Assembly (NCBI GenBank): GCA_963801355.1
Contig: CAWDEM010000008.1
Coordinates: 96,001 to 160,000 of the forward strand
DNA length: 64,000 nt
Direction: 5' to 3'
Origin: Ignavibacteriota bacterium
GTDB taxonomy: Bacteria; Bacteroidota; Ignavibacteria; UBA10030; UBA6906
Made by a program: the position numbers and the translations under genes
Notes under the pieces: model-generated
The model's database searches: none
Told to the model about the DNA's origin: nothing
Seen by the model: the letters and a program-made list of their open reading frames with translations, nothing else
In this document: in pieces, positions 51,009 through 61,354 of the stretch
How positions within the stretch are numbered: the stretch's first letter is position 1
Layout of the letters: every line of letters begins with the position of its first letter

Positions 51009-53090
51009 ATGTTTTGGCATTCACGCAAGGGTTTAGTGTGGCGTTTTGCGCTCGTTGCATGCTTTGGATTCTCTGCCGCGCGGGCGGACGATGGGATGTG
51101 GACCTTCGACAACCCTCCGTTGAAGCAGTTGAAGGAACGGTACGGATTCGTGCCGACACAGGAGTGGCTGGACCATGTCCGTCTTGCCAGTGTCCGCTTC
51201 ATGGACGGCGGCTCGGGCGCATTCGTGAGTCCGAACGGCCTCGTCCTGACGAATCACCACGTTGCGCGCGGGCAGCTGCAGAAGATGTCGTCGAAGCAGA
51301 AAGACTACGTCGCCGACGGCTTCTATGCGCGCACGATGCAGGACGAGATCAAATGCCCCGACCTGGAACTGAATGTTCTGGTGTCGATGGAAAATGTGAC
51401 CGCCCGCGTGCAGGCAGTCATCACACAGGATATGACGCCCAAGCAGGCACTCGACGCCCGCAAGGCCGTCACCGCCCGGATAAGCAAAGAGGCCAAGGAG
51501 AAGACGGGCCTCCGTTCAGACGTAGTCTCTCTCTACCAGGGCAACGAATACTGGCTCTATTGCTACAAGAAGTATACAGACGTCCGGCTCGTGATGGCCC
51601 CTGAGATGAGAATTGCGTTCTTCGGCGGGGATGCGGACAACTTCACGTTCCCCCGGCACGACATCGATATGACGTTTTTTAGAGTATACGAGGACGGCAA
51701 GCCTGTCGCATCCCGACACTATCTCCACTGGAACAGCAAAGGGGCAAACGACGGAGAACTGGTTTTTGTCCCCGGCCATCCGGGCTCGACCAACCGTCTG
51801 CAAACGTACGACCAGCTATTGTTCCAGCGCGACCACGTGTACCCCGAGCGTATCAAGGGTCTCCAGCGCCGTGTGATGTTGCTGCGTGACTATGCCAAAC
51901 GCGGACCGGAGCAAGCCCGCCAGGCATCAGGCCAGATCTTCGGTCTCGAGAATTCCATTAAAGCACTGTCCGGCGAGTACGTGGGACTGCTGGACAAGGA
52001 ATTGATGGGAAAGAAAGCCGCCGAGGACAAAGATCTGCGCGACCGGGTGAATGCTGATCCACAGTTGAAAGAGAAATACGCATGGGCGTGGGATTCGTTG
52101 CGTGCTGTTGGTAACCGCGACGGTGCGACGTCGAAGACCCGCGGGTACAGAAGCATCAGGTCAAGACTCTACTCGTTCGCCTCACAGCTCGGACAAGCTG
52201 CGGAAGAGCTCAAGAAGCCCAACGGAGAGCGTCTGGCTCCGTACCAGGATGCGAATCTTGAATCTACAAAGTTCCGCCTGTTTTCTCCGGCCCCGGTGTA
52301 CCCGGAGCTTGAAGAACTGCAGCTGGCAGACGCCCTGCAGGAAGCGCTTGATGGCCTGGGAGCGGACGATCCGTTCGTCAAGACCGTCCTGGATGGAAAG
52401 ACCCCCGCAGAGGCCGCCCGCACGCTCGTTAAGGGTACGACGATGGGAGATCCCGCCGTGCGCAGGAAGCTGTTTGAAGGAGGCGAGAGCGCCATTGCGG
52501 CATCCACCGATCCCATGGTAGTGCTGGCCCGCCGGCTCGCGCCCATCACAAAGAAGGATCGAGAGTGGTCGGAGAGATACATCGCCGGTATCACCGCCCG
52601 CGCCGGGGAAAAGGTCGCCGAGGCGCGCTTCGCGGTGTACGGAAAGAACACAAACCCCGATGCGACCTTCACCCTCCGTCTCTCATACGGCACAGTGAAG
52701 GGGTACCCCATGAACGGCACGGTTGCACCGCCGAAGACGACACTGTTCGGGCTGTTCGACCGGGCATATTCCTTCGACAACAAGGGAGACTTCAAACTGC
52801 CCCAGCGCTATGTCGACAACATGTCCAAGCTGGATCTGTCGACTCCGCTGGACTTCGTGAGCACGTGCGACATCATCGGCGGCAACTCCGGTTCACCGGT
52901 GATCAACGCCAGGAGCGAGTATGTCGGACTCATTTTTGATGGGAACATCGAGAGCTTGCCGGGACGTTTTCTGTATTCCGAGACTTCCAACCGTGCAGTG
53001 GCCGTGCACAGTGCCGTCATTGTTGAGGTGCTCCGGAAGCTGTATGATGCCGGGGCACTGGCAGACGAGCTGGAGGGGAATGTGCTGTAA
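51009..53090 (+). CDS. S46 family dipeptidyl peptidase (DPP7/DPP11-like)
   Basis: Signal peptide, DDGMW, TNHHV, DANxT-like PDATFTLRLSYG, DIIGGNSGSP, FDGN. Confidence 0.93.
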   Translation: MFWHSRKGLVWRFALVACFGFSAARADDGMWTFDNPPLKQLKERYGFVPTQEWLDHVRLASVRFMDGGSGAFVSPNGLVLTNHHVARGQLQKMSSKQKDYVADGFYARTMQDEIKCPDLELNVLVSMENVTARVQAVITQDMTPKQALDARKAVTARISKEAKEKTGLRSDVVSLYQGNEYWLYCYKKYTDVRLVMAPEMRIAFFGGDADNFTFPRHDIDMTFFRVYEDGKPVASRHYLHWNSKGANDGELVFVPGHPGSTNRLQTYDQLLFQRDHVYPERIKGLQRRVMLLRDYAKRGPEQARQASGQIFGLENSIKALSGEYVGLLDKELMGKKAAEDKDLRDRVNADPQLKEKYAWAWDSLRAVGNRDGATSKTRGYRSIRSRLYSFASQLGQAAEELKKPNGERLAPYQDANLESTKFRLFSPAPVYPELEELQLADALQEALDGLGADDPFVKTVLDGKTPAEAARTLVKGTTMGDPAVRRKLFEGGESAIAASTDPMVVLARRLAPITKKDREWSERYIAGITARAGEKVAEARFAVYGKNTNPDATFTLRLSYGTVKGYPMNGTVAPPKTTLFGLFDRAYSFDNKGDFKLPQRYVDNMSKLDLSTPLDFVSTCDIIGGNSGSPVINARSEYVGLIFDGNIESLPGRFLYSETSNRAVAVHSAVIVEVLRKLYDAGALADELEGNVL

Positions 53091-53114
53091 GCGCGGATGA
53101 ACAGGAAACCATGA

Positions 53115-53150
53115 GACAGGGGCACCCCGCAAAGGTGCCCCTGTCCGTTT
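53115..53150 (+). terminator. Stem-loop/terminator after the S46 peptidase
   Basis: 12-bp stem GACAGGGGCACC/GGTGCCCCTGTC, 7-nt loop, short T-tract. Confidence 0.7.
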
Positions 53151-53152
53151 GG

Positions 53153-53181
53153 TTGATTGTCCACGCGGATTATCGTACATT
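53153..53181 (+). promoter_or_regulatory. Putative promoter for the xdh operon
   Basis: TTGATT-17nt-TACATT, 20 nt upstream of the xdhA ATG. Confidence 0.5.
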
Positions 53182-53201
53182 GACTGAAAATTTCCGGACC
53201 A

Positions 53202-54638
53202 ATGCACTCCACCGTTCTCTTCGTGCTCGACGGGCGGCTTGTCCGGCTGGAATTCCCGCCGGGAGGGTTTCCATGTCCGACGACGACTCTTCTGCAGTAT
53301 CTGCGGACGCTTCCGGGTCATCGGGGCACGAAGGAGGGATGTGCTGAAGGCGATTGCGGTGCATGTACGGTCGTGTTCGCGGAGCCGGATGGAGCGAACG
53401 GACTTCGCTACCGTGCGGTTGATTCCTGCCTGGTGTTTCTCCCCATGCTTCATGGCAAGCAAGTGATCACTGTCGAGAACCTGCGCGACACGTCCGGAGC
53501 ATTGCATCCGGTCCAGCAAGCGCTTGTAGATCACTTCGGAAGTCAGTGCGGGTTTTGCACACCCGGGGTGGTGATGTCGCTGTTCGCGCTGTACAAGTCC
53601 GCGGGCTCACCGTCCCGCGACGAAGTCGTTGACGCCGTGGCGGGAAATCTCTGCAGATGTACGGGATATCGTTCGATTGTCGATGCGGGGTATGAGGCAT
53701 GCAGCGGGAACAAGGGGGACCGCTTCGACGCGGAAACCCCCGCGACCCTGGAACTCCTTTCCTCGATTCCGCGGGACACGTTGCGTTTTGATACCGGGTC
53801 GCAACGCTATGCTCGGCCTGCCTCGCTCGCAGAGGCTCTGGAAATACGCCGGAGTGATCCGGATGCTCTGGTGATCTGCGGTGCGACCGACATCGCCCTC
53901 CGGGTCACGAAAAAGCACGAGGAGATTCCATCTATTCTTGATCTCGCGGACCTTCCGGAACTCAGCGCTATCGAAATTCGCGGGGATGGCGTGTTCTACG
54001 GTGCCGCGGTGACGATGCAGGATATTCTGGAATCCTCCGCCGGGCGGTTTCCACCTCTTGCGGATATGCTGAGTGTCTTCGGGTCGCGGCAGATCCGGAA
54101 CATGGCAACCATCGGAGGAAATGTCGGGACGGCCTCGCCCATCGGCGACACACTGCCGGTGCTCATGGCCCTTCACGCGGAAATTGAGCTGACCGGTGCC
54201 GGCGGCGTGCGCAGGGTGTCCGTGGAGCAGATGCTCGCCGGGTACCGCAAGACCGTCTGCCGTCCGGACGAGTTGATCTCGCGCATTTTCATACCCGCAT
54301 TGCCATCCGGCGCGGCAGTGAAGTCGTACAAGATTTCCCGGCGGCGGGACATGGATATCTCCACTGTCAGTGCCGGATTCCGCCTGGAAAGGGACGCGCA
54401 CGGGGATGTCGGTGATATCCTTCTTGCGTTCGGCGGGATGGCGGAAGTGACCCGCAGGGCCGGACGCACCGAAGAATTCCTCAGAGGGAAACCATGGACC
54501 CGCGCCACCGCGGAGCAGGCCGGTGAAATCGCCGCGCACGAGTTTTCTCCGCTGAGCGATGTGCGCGGCGGGGCGGCGTTCAGGACGACCATTGCCCGGA
54601 ATCTGTTGTTGAAATTCTGGGAGGACGTGCAATCGTAA
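53202..54638 (+). CDS. xdhA: Xanthine dehydrogenase small subunit (2x[2Fe-2S] + FAD)
   Basis: GTKEGCAEGDCGACT, QCGFCTPG, GNLCRCTGY, QIRNMATIGGN..ASPIGD, YKISRRRDMDIS. Confidence 0.93.
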   Translation: MHSTVLFVLDGRLVRLEFPPGGFPCPTTTLLQYLRTLPGHRGTKEGCAEGDCGACTVVFAEPDGANGLRYRAVDSCLVFLPMLHGKQVITVENLRDTSGALHPVQQALVDHFGSQCGFCTPGVVMSLFALYKSAGSPSRDEVVDAVAGNLCRCTGYRSIVDAGYEACSGNKGDRFDAETPATLELLSSIPRDTLRFDTGSQRYARPASLAEALEIRRSDPDALVICGATDIALRVTKKHEEIPSILDLADLPELSAIEIRGDGVFYGAAVTMQDILESSAGRFPPLADMLSVFGSRQIRNMATIGGNVGTASPIGDTLPVLMALHAEIELTGAGGVRRVSVEQMLAGYRKTVCRPDELISRIFIPALPSGAAVKSYKISRRRDMDISTVSAGFRLERDAHGDVGDILLAFGGMAEVTRRAGRTEEFLRGKPWTRATAEQAGEIAAHEFSPLSDVRGGAAFRTTIARNLLLKFWEDVQS

Positions 54639-54639
54639 C

Positions 54640-56991
54640 ATGGACACGGTGAACCATCTTGACAGTGCTGTGTCTCATGTCACCGGCGAAGCGGTTTTCG
54701 TCGATGATATGATCATGTCGGATCGTCTTCTTGTCGGACGCGTCGTGACCAGCCCGCATGCGCATGCCCGGATCCGGAGCTTCAATCTGGACGCCGCCCG
54801 CGCGGTACAGGGTGTTCATGCCGTTCTCAGCGCTGCGGACATCCCCGGGCACAACCAGATGGGGCCGGTGGTAAAAGACGAGCCATGCCTCGCTGACGGA
54901 CTGGTGGAATTTGCGGGTCAGGCGGTATTCCTGATCGCCGCAGACACCGAGGCACTCTGTCGCACGGCAGAAGCGCGCATCGAGATCGAGTACGAACCTC
55001 TGCCCGCGGTGGTGACGCTTTCTGGGGCGATGTCACAGGGGATGCTTCTGGGAGCGCCGAGGAAAATTGAACGGGGGGACGTTGCCGGCGGGCTTGCGGG
55101 ATCTCCGCACCGTCTTTCGGGCGCCCTGGCCAGCGGAGCGCAGGAGCACTGGTACCTGGAAACGCAGGTGGCGCTCTGCATTCCCGGCGAAGGGCGCGAG
55201 ATGTCCGTGTACAGTTCCACCCAGCATCCTTCGGAGACCCAGGCCATTGTCGCTGACGTGCTCGGGCTCGGCAAGAACGATGTCGTGGTGGAAGTCCGGC
55301 GCCTGGGGGGCGGGTTTGGCGGGAAAGAAACCCAGGCCAATCACACGGCATGCTGGTGCGCCCTGCTCTCCGGCGCAACGGGCAGGCCGGTGAAAATCCG
55401 CCTGTTCCGCGACGACGATATGATCATGACCGGGAAGCGCCACAGGTATCTCACGCGCTATGAAGCCGGGTTTGACGACCAGGGCCGGCTGCTCGCGGTG
55501 AAACTCGAGATGCATGCAGACGGCGGGATGGCGACGGACCTCTCCTTTGCTATACTTGAACGCGCGATGCTCCACGCCGACAATGCGTACTTCATTCCCG
55601 ATATTTCCGTTGTCGGGACCGTCTGGAAAACCCATCTTCCGCCGAACACCGCCTTCCGGGGTTTTGGCGGGCCTCAGGGGATGGCGGTCATTGAAACGAT
55701 TGTCGACCGCATTGCGCGCACTCTCGGTATCGACGCCGCCGGAGTCCGGAAAAGAAATTTCTACGGAGACGATGGCCGGAGCATAACGCACTACGGTCAA
55801 ACTGTCGAGCGCAACCACTTGCCGGTGATGTACGATCGGTTGATGTCGTCTGCGGACTATGAGGCCCGGCGCAAGGCGGTCAACGTGTTCAACCGTGCGC
55901 ACGAACACCTGAAGCGGGGGCTTGCTCTCACCCCTGTGAAGTTCGGGATTTCGTTCACGACGACATTTCTGAATCAAGCGGGAGCGCTGGTGCTGATCTA
56001 CACGGACGGGACCGTGCTGGTGCATCACGGCGGTGTCGAGATGGGGCAGGGGTTGAACACAAAGATCCGGGGTATAGCAGCGCGGGAGCTCGGCATCCCC
56101 GTCGAATGCGTCAACGTCAGCACTACTTCTACGGGAAAGATCCCGAACACTTCACCCACCGCTGCATCGTCGGGGGCGGATCTGAACGGCATGGCCGTCA
56201 AGAATGCGATTGACACACTCAAAGAGCGCATCGCACCTGCGATGGCGAAGGTGTTCACGGAACTCCATGGCGGCACCACGACGTCGGCACACGACATCGT
56301 ATTCGAGAATGCCACCGTCGCCGACCGGAGGCACCCTGAACGGATAATGCCTTTCGCGAAGGCCATGCAGGCGATGGTCCTTCAGCAGGTGAGTCTGGGC
56401 GCCACCGGGTACTACCGGACCCCGGAGATCGGTTGGGACAGGAAGGCCGGGAGAGGGCGGCCGTTTCTCTATTTCGCTTTCGGCATCGCGGTGACGGAGG
56501 CGGAGGTCGACCTTCTGACCGGCGCGCACAGCATCGTGCGGACGGATATCCTTCACGACGTCGGGGATTCATTGAATCCCGGTATTGACCGTGGACAGAT
56601 CGAGGGTGGGTTCATCCAGGGGCTGGGCTGGTGCACCACAGAGGAAATCCTCTGGGATGACCGCGGCCGGCTGCTGACGCACTCCCCGGACACCTACAAG
56701 ATCCCGACGGCCGGAGATGTTCCACGCGACTTTCGTGTGACGATTCTGGATGGCGTGCCCAATCCACGTGCCATCAGAAACAGCAAGGCGGTCGGGGAGC
56801 CGCCGTTCATGCTTGCGTTATCGGCCTGGCTGGCCATCAAGGATGCCGTATCCGCAGCGGCGAATCACGCACTGGAACCGCCCTTTTCTCTCCCGGCCAC
56901 GCGTGAAGTCATCATGGCTGCCGCGGAAGAGTTGCGTCGTTGTGCGGGGCATCAGGAATCACCGGTGTCCGGCTCTGCCGTGCACGTGTAG
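54640..56991 (+). CDS. xdhB: Xanthine dehydrogenase molybdopterin-binding subunit
   Basis: GGGFGGKE, AFRGFGGPQG, GVEMGQG, PTAASSG, catalytic KAVGEPP. Confidence 0.94.
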   Translation: MDTVNHLDSAVSHVTGEAVFVDDMIMSDRLLVGRVVTSPHAHARIRSFNLDAARAVQGVHAVLSAADIPGHNQMGPVVKDEPCLADGLVEFAGQAVFLIAADTEALCRTAEARIEIEYEPLPAVVTLSGAMSQGMLLGAPRKIERGDVAGGLAGSPHRLSGALASGAQEHWYLETQVALCIPGEGREMSVYSSTQHPSETQAIVADVLGLGKNDVVVEVRRLGGGFGGKETQANHTACWCALLSGATGRPVKIRLFRDDDMIMTGKRHRYLTRYEAGFDDQGRLLAVKLEMHADGGMATDLSFAILERAMLHADNAYFIPDISVVGTVWKTHLPPNTAFRGFGGPQGMAVIETIVDRIARTLGIDAAGVRKRNFYGDDGRSITHYGQTVERNHLPVMYDRLMSSADYEARRKAVNVFNRAHEHLKRGLALTPVKFGISFTTTFLNQAGALVLIYTDGTVLVHHGGVEMGQGLNTKIRGIAARELGIPVECVNVSTTSTGKIPNTSPTAASSGADLNGMAVKNAIDTLKERIAPAMAKVFTELHGGTTTSAHDIVFENATVADRRHPERIMPFAKAMQAMVLQQVSLGATGYYRTPEIGWDRKAGRGRPFLYFAFGIAVTEAEVDLLTGAHSIVRTDILHDVGDSLNPGIDRGQIEGGFIQGLGWCTTEEILWDDRGRLLTHSPDTYKIPTAGDVPRDFRVTILDGVPNPRAIRNSKAVGEPPFMLALSAWLAIKDAVSAAANHALEPPFSLPATREVIMAAAEELRRCAGHQESPVSGSAVHV

Positions 56992-57017
56992 TTCATGTAC
57001 AGCAACATAAGGAAAAG

Positions 57018-58331
57018 ATGAACATTTCGGAACAGATCCGTCAGGCCGGTGTGGTCGGAGCCGGAGGTGCTGGATTTCCGGCACACGTCAAGGCTGCAGC
57101 CACGGTCGACACGGTCATTGCCAACGGTGCGGAGTGCGAACCATTGCTGCACAAAGACTTTGAGATCATGGTCCGCCACGCGCCCGAAGTTGTCGAAGGG
57201 ATCCGGTTATTGATGCGCTCCACGGGAGCCCGCCAGGGCATCATCGGCATCAAAGGGAAAAATACCGCGGCGGTCGATACGGTGACAGCTGCCCTGCGGG
57301 ACCCGGACATCGTCGTGCACCTTCTCGGCGATTTTTATCCGTCGGGCGACGAGTACATCCTCGTCTACGAAGCCACCAAGCGACTGATACCACCCCAGGG
57401 GATCCCGTTGAACGTCGGCGTGGTTGTCAGCAACGTTGAGTCGCTCATGAATATTGCCCGCGCGGCGCAAGGGCGCGCGGTGACCCGCAAATGGATCACC
57501 GTGACGGGTGCAGTCCGCAAGCCGGTGACATTTGCCGCCCCGGTGGGCATGAGCTTCGCCGACGCCATTGCGGCAGCGGGGGGAGCCACTACGGAATCAT
57601 TCGGGGTCTTTGTTGGCGGGGTGATGATGGGGTCGCTCGAGTTCAATATGTCGCAGGTCATCACCAAAACCACAGGGGGCCTGATTGTGCTTCCTGCGGA
57701 CCATACCCTTGTCGTCCGGAAATCGCAGCCGGAGCGGGCCATGCACCGGATAGGGAAGTCCGCGTGCGATCAGTGCACATTTTGCACCGAACTCTGTCCG
57801 CGCTACGTCCTGGGTTACGACGTCCAGCCGCACAAGGTCATGCGGAGCCTCGGGTTCACGCAGACCGGCGAGGTGTACTGGAATCAGTATGCAGCACTCT
57901 GTTGTGCGTGCGGACTGTGTACATGGTATTCCTGCCCGGAGGCGCTTTTCCCGAAGGAGGCATGTGACCGGAGCAAGACGGAGATGAAAGCGCAGGGCGC
58001 AAAATGGACGGGCCCGACTGACGTAAAGCCCCATCCGATGTATGAAGGACGCCGGACTCCTGTGAAACAGCTGATCAAGCGATTGGGGCTCAATGCATAC
58101 GACCGGCATGCGGAGTTCGTGGGGGAGGTTCCCCTCCCGGGCCGTGTCGTGCTCCCGCTTTCCCAGCATGTGGGGGCCCCTGCGGTGCCTCTGGTGAAGG
58201 TGGGGCAACATGTCAGCGAGGGGGAGTGTATTGCGGAAATCCGTGAAGGTGCGCTCGGAGCGCGTATCCACGCAAGCGTCGACGGGACTGTCCGTGCGGT
58301 CGGCGAGTCGATTGAAATCGAACGAGGATGA
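57018..58331 (+). CDS. PduS-like (RnfC-related) flavin/2x[4Fe-4S] microcompartment-associated oxidoreductase
   Basis: GVVGAGGAGFP, NGAECEP, SLBB domain, CDQCTFCTELCP, CCACGLCTWYSCP, C-terminal QHVGAPA..IHASVDG domain (PduS domain order). Confidence 0.88.
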   Translation: MNISEQIRQAGVVGAGGAGFPAHVKAAATVDTVIANGAECEPLLHKDFEIMVRHAPEVVEGIRLLMRSTGARQGIIGIKGKNTAAVDTVTAALRDPDIVVHLLGDFYPSGDEYILVYEATKRLIPPQGIPLNVGVVVSNVESLMNIARAAQGRAVTRKWITVTGAVRKPVTFAAPVGMSFADAIAAAGGATTESFGVFVGGVMMGSLEFNMSQVITKTTGGLIVLPADHTLVVRKSQPERAMHRIGKSACDQCTFCTELCPRYVLGYDVQPHKVMRSLGFTQTGEVYWNQYAALCCACGLCTWYSCPEALFPKEACDRSKTEMKAQGAKWTGPTDVKPHPMYEGRRTPVKQLIKRLGLNAYDRHAEFVGEVPLPGRVVLPLSQHVGAPAVPLVKVGQHVSEGECIAEIREGALGARIHASVDGTVRAVGESIEIERG

Positions 58332-58334
58332 TGC

Positions 58335-58886
58335 ATGCAAAAGAATGCCATTGGATTGATCGAGCTTTCCAGCATCGCCGCCGGGTACCTTGTGGCCGAT
58401 GCGATGTTAAAGGCGGCCGACGTGGAGTTGATCCTATCCCGCACGATCTGCTCGGGCAAATATATGGTGCTTGTCGGCGGTGACGTGGCAGGAGTCACGT
58501 CGAGTGTGGAGGCGGGTCAGATCATCGGGGAGGGATCGGTCATTGACACATTCGTGATCCCCAACGTTCATCCTTCGTTGTTTCCGGCAATCAGCGGCAC
58601 GGGCAAGGTGGATGTTCTGGAAGCAATGGGCATCATTGAGTCATATTCCGTCGCTGCCATGATCGAGGCCGCAGATGCCGCAGCCAAAGCCGCAAAAGTA
58701 CAGCTGATCGAATTGCGGCTCGCCATGGCACTCGGAGGAAAAGCGTTTGTCACGCTGACGGGGGATGTCGCGGCGGCGCAGGCGGCGGTGGATGCGGGAT
58801 CCGCCGTTGTTGCAGCCAAGGGTCTTCTGGTGAACAAGGTTGTCATTCCGAATCCCCGCCGCGAACTCTTCGCAGATCTGGTCTGA
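58335..58886 (+). CDS. PduT-like tandem-domain BMC shell protein (BMC-T) with Fe-S Cys
   Basis: AIGLIELSSIAAG..DAMLKAA, TICSGKY (PduT TICPGK Cys), second BMC domain AADAAAKAA..LGGKA..GDVAA. Confidence 0.92.
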   Translation: MQKNAIGLIELSSIAAGYLVADAMLKAADVELILSRTICSGKYMVLVGGDVAGVTSSVEAGQIIGEGSVIDTFVIPNVHPSLFPAISGTGKVDVLEAMGIIESYSVAAMIEAADAAAKAAKVQLIELRLAMALGGKAFVTLTGDVAAAQAAVDAGSAVVAAKGLLVNKVVIPNPRRELFADLV

Positions 58887-58899
58887 GGTGATCATCCCG

Positions 58900-60494
58900 A
58901 TGCTGCAGGCGAAGAGAGCGGCGCGCCGCATTGTCATTTCTGTCGTGGCATTCCCGGTTTTCCTGTTCCTGTTTTTCGCATGCGGGACTACAGGAGAGGT
59001 CGACCGCGCTGCGGGCCTGATTTCGCGCCAACGGGTGCGATCGGCGATCAGGTATCTTGCATCGGATGCATTACAGGGGAGGGTGACCCCGGGCGCGGGT
59101 CTGGATTCTGCGGCGGAGTACATTGCGCGGTCTTTTGCAGTGGCGGGCCTCCAGCCGGTGCACGGAAGTTTTCTGCAACCCTTTGCGTTGAACATCGTCT
59201 CCCTCGGCGATACGAACGCGCTTCTCCTCGAGACCCCGGCGGGCAGGGATTCGATGAAATTGAAGGATGATTTCGTTCCGTTCGAAAACACCGCGCATCG
59301 GGAAGTGGAGGCCGGGGTGGTGTTCGCGGGATACGGGATCAGCGCCCCCGAATACGGTTACGACGATTATGCGGGAATCGATGTGCGGGGCAAGATTGTC
59401 TTCGTGTTGCGGCATGAACCCGGTGAGGAGGACAGTGCGTCTGTGTTCGCGGGGAGAAAGGAGACCGCGCATTCTTCCGTTGCGTCGAAGGTCCGGCAGG
59501 CGCGGGAGCGTGGCGCGGTAGGGGTGTTGGTGGCCACGGATCCACTCAATCACCAACTACTGACGCCTCGCGGTTTTCCCTGGCCGTCGTTGTCTAAGAT
59601 CATTCCGCGAGATGCCCTGCCGCTGGCGCTCGCGGTGGAGGAATCCGAAAAACTCCCGGTCGTGCACGTCGGTGAACGTATCATCAACGGGTTGTTGGGA
59701 AGCGTCGATTCTCTTCGTGCGTTGCAGCGTGCCATCGACGGGAGTTGTTCTCCCCGTTCGTTCTCCCTGGGTTCCGTGAGGGTCCGCCTGAAGACGTCAA
59801 CGGCCATCAAACGCATGCCCACGCAGAACGTCGTCGGCATCATCCAGGGTGCAGATCCGGCGTTGCGCAACGAAGTCGTCGTGATCGGAGCGCACTATGA
59901 CCACATCGGGATAAAGCGGAACGCGGGTGCGGGCATGGACTCCATCTTCAACGGTGCCGACGACAATGCTTCGGGAACGGTCGCCTTGATGGAGGTGGGA
60001 GCGGCCCTGGGTGCGATGCGTGAAAAGCCGGCGCGCACTCTGCTTCTGATCGCCTTCGCGGGAGAGGAGAAGGGGCTCCTGGGCTCAGCGTACTATGTGA
60101 GGAACCCCCTGTTTCCGCTTGAGAAGACGGTGGCAATGCTGAATATGGACATGGTCGGACGGAACGCGCCGGATTCTCTGCAGATCATCGGGTCACCCGA
60201 GGGATCATTCCTTGTGCAGGACGCCCGCAGGGCAAACGCGGCGGTCGGATTCCTGCTGGCGAACACGGTGCTGCGTGGGGGGGGAGCGACCACGATTCTT
60301 TCCAGAAACGTGGTGTGCCGGCGCTGTTCTTCCATTCCGATGTGCACGCGGACTACCATCGTGTCACTGATGAGGCGCAATTCATTAACGATGACAAGAT
60401 TGCGCGCGTCGCCGACCTGGTATTCAGAACGGCCTGGCTTGTCGCCACGACGCCCGAGCCTCTCATTCATTCATCATTCCGAGGAAAACAATGA
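58900..60494 (+). pseudogene. M28 family peptidase lipoprotein with PA domain, frameshifted at G8 (60277-60284)
   Basis: Lipobox FFAC; GAHYDH, GADDNASG, GEEKGLLGS, NMDMVG; the SDH..GVPALFF..DYH C-terminus lies in another frame and ends at 60494. Confidence 0.8.
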
Positions 60495-61354
60495 AGCATC
60501 CGATCATGCTGCTGTCAATTGCCGCGGCGCTGCTCGTGTCATGTGCGTCAGAGAGCACGGCCCAGGAATCCTATACGCTGACTTACCGCCTTCAGCCGGG
60601 AACTGCATATCTCTATGTTGACACCTCCCGGGGGGTACAAATCCAGGAAATGATGGGGCAGGAAATGAAGATCACGACGCTGCTCACCATGCGCGCGCGC
60701 ATTGCCGGTGAGCAGATGAAGGATGACGGCACGATGACGTTCATAACCTCTTTTGACTCGATGACAGTCGCCACGAAGTCGCCCATGGCTGACACAACGA
60801 TGGTGTTGCAGGACATCCTGGGGAAGCGGACGCGGATGACGGTCACGGCGGGAGGTGCGTTGCTCCGCCGCGAAATCATCGATACCGTTAAACAGTCCCG
60901 CAACATGATGCGGGGCATTTCCATGCGCGAGTCGGCACGGTTTCACCGCCTGTCAGCGGAGCCTGTCGGTGTCGGGAGTTCCTGGAAGTCCAATGTGGTG
61001 GACTCCACCGACATGATGAACGGAAAACTGATCAGCCATCATGTGATGACGTATACCGTCACGGGCAAGGCGGTCTGCGAAGGTCGTGCATGTCTGCAGA
61101 TCGGCTACGCAGGTGACATTACGCTTGAGGGGAAGGGGTCTATGAGGGGGATGGAGTTGTTCATGGAGGGGAAAGGGAAGACCTCCGGCACACTGAATTT
61201 TGACTACGGTGACGGCCTGATAGTGCAGGAAGCTTCCAGCAGCGACACCGAAATGACCGCCGCAGTGACGGGGCAGGAGAACATGACCATACCTATGTCA
61301 CAGAGTCTTACGACGACGCGCCGGCTGTTCTCCGTGGAAGGGAGTGGCAAGTGA
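60491..61354 (+). CDS. Exported hypothetical (lipo)protein, beta-rich
   Basis: GAGGA RBS, signal with LVSC, Met/Thr-rich beta strands; overlaps both neighbours by 4 nt. Confidence 0.75.
   Translation: MKHPIMLLSIAAALLVSCASESTAQESYTLTYRLQPGTAYLYVDTSRGVQIQEMMGQEMKITTLLTMRARIAGEQMKDDGTMTFITSFDSMTVATKSPMADTTMVLQDILGKRTRMTVTAGGALLRREIIDTVKQSRNMMRGISMRESARFHRLSAEPVGVGSSWKSNVVDSTDMMNGKLISHHVMTYTVTGKAVCEGRACLQIGYAGDITLEGKGSMRGMELFMEGKGKTSGTLNFDYGDGLIVQEASSSDTEMTAAVTGQENMTIPMSQSLTTTRRLFSVEGSGK

Noticed and set aside
57018-58331. RnfC of an Rnf complex
   Set aside because: No rnfABDEG nearby; domain order and the adjacent BMC-T match PduS
60495-60621. C-terminal tail of the 593-aa ORF 58840-60621
   Set aside because: Out-of-frame read-through caused by the G8 frameshift, overlapping the next gene
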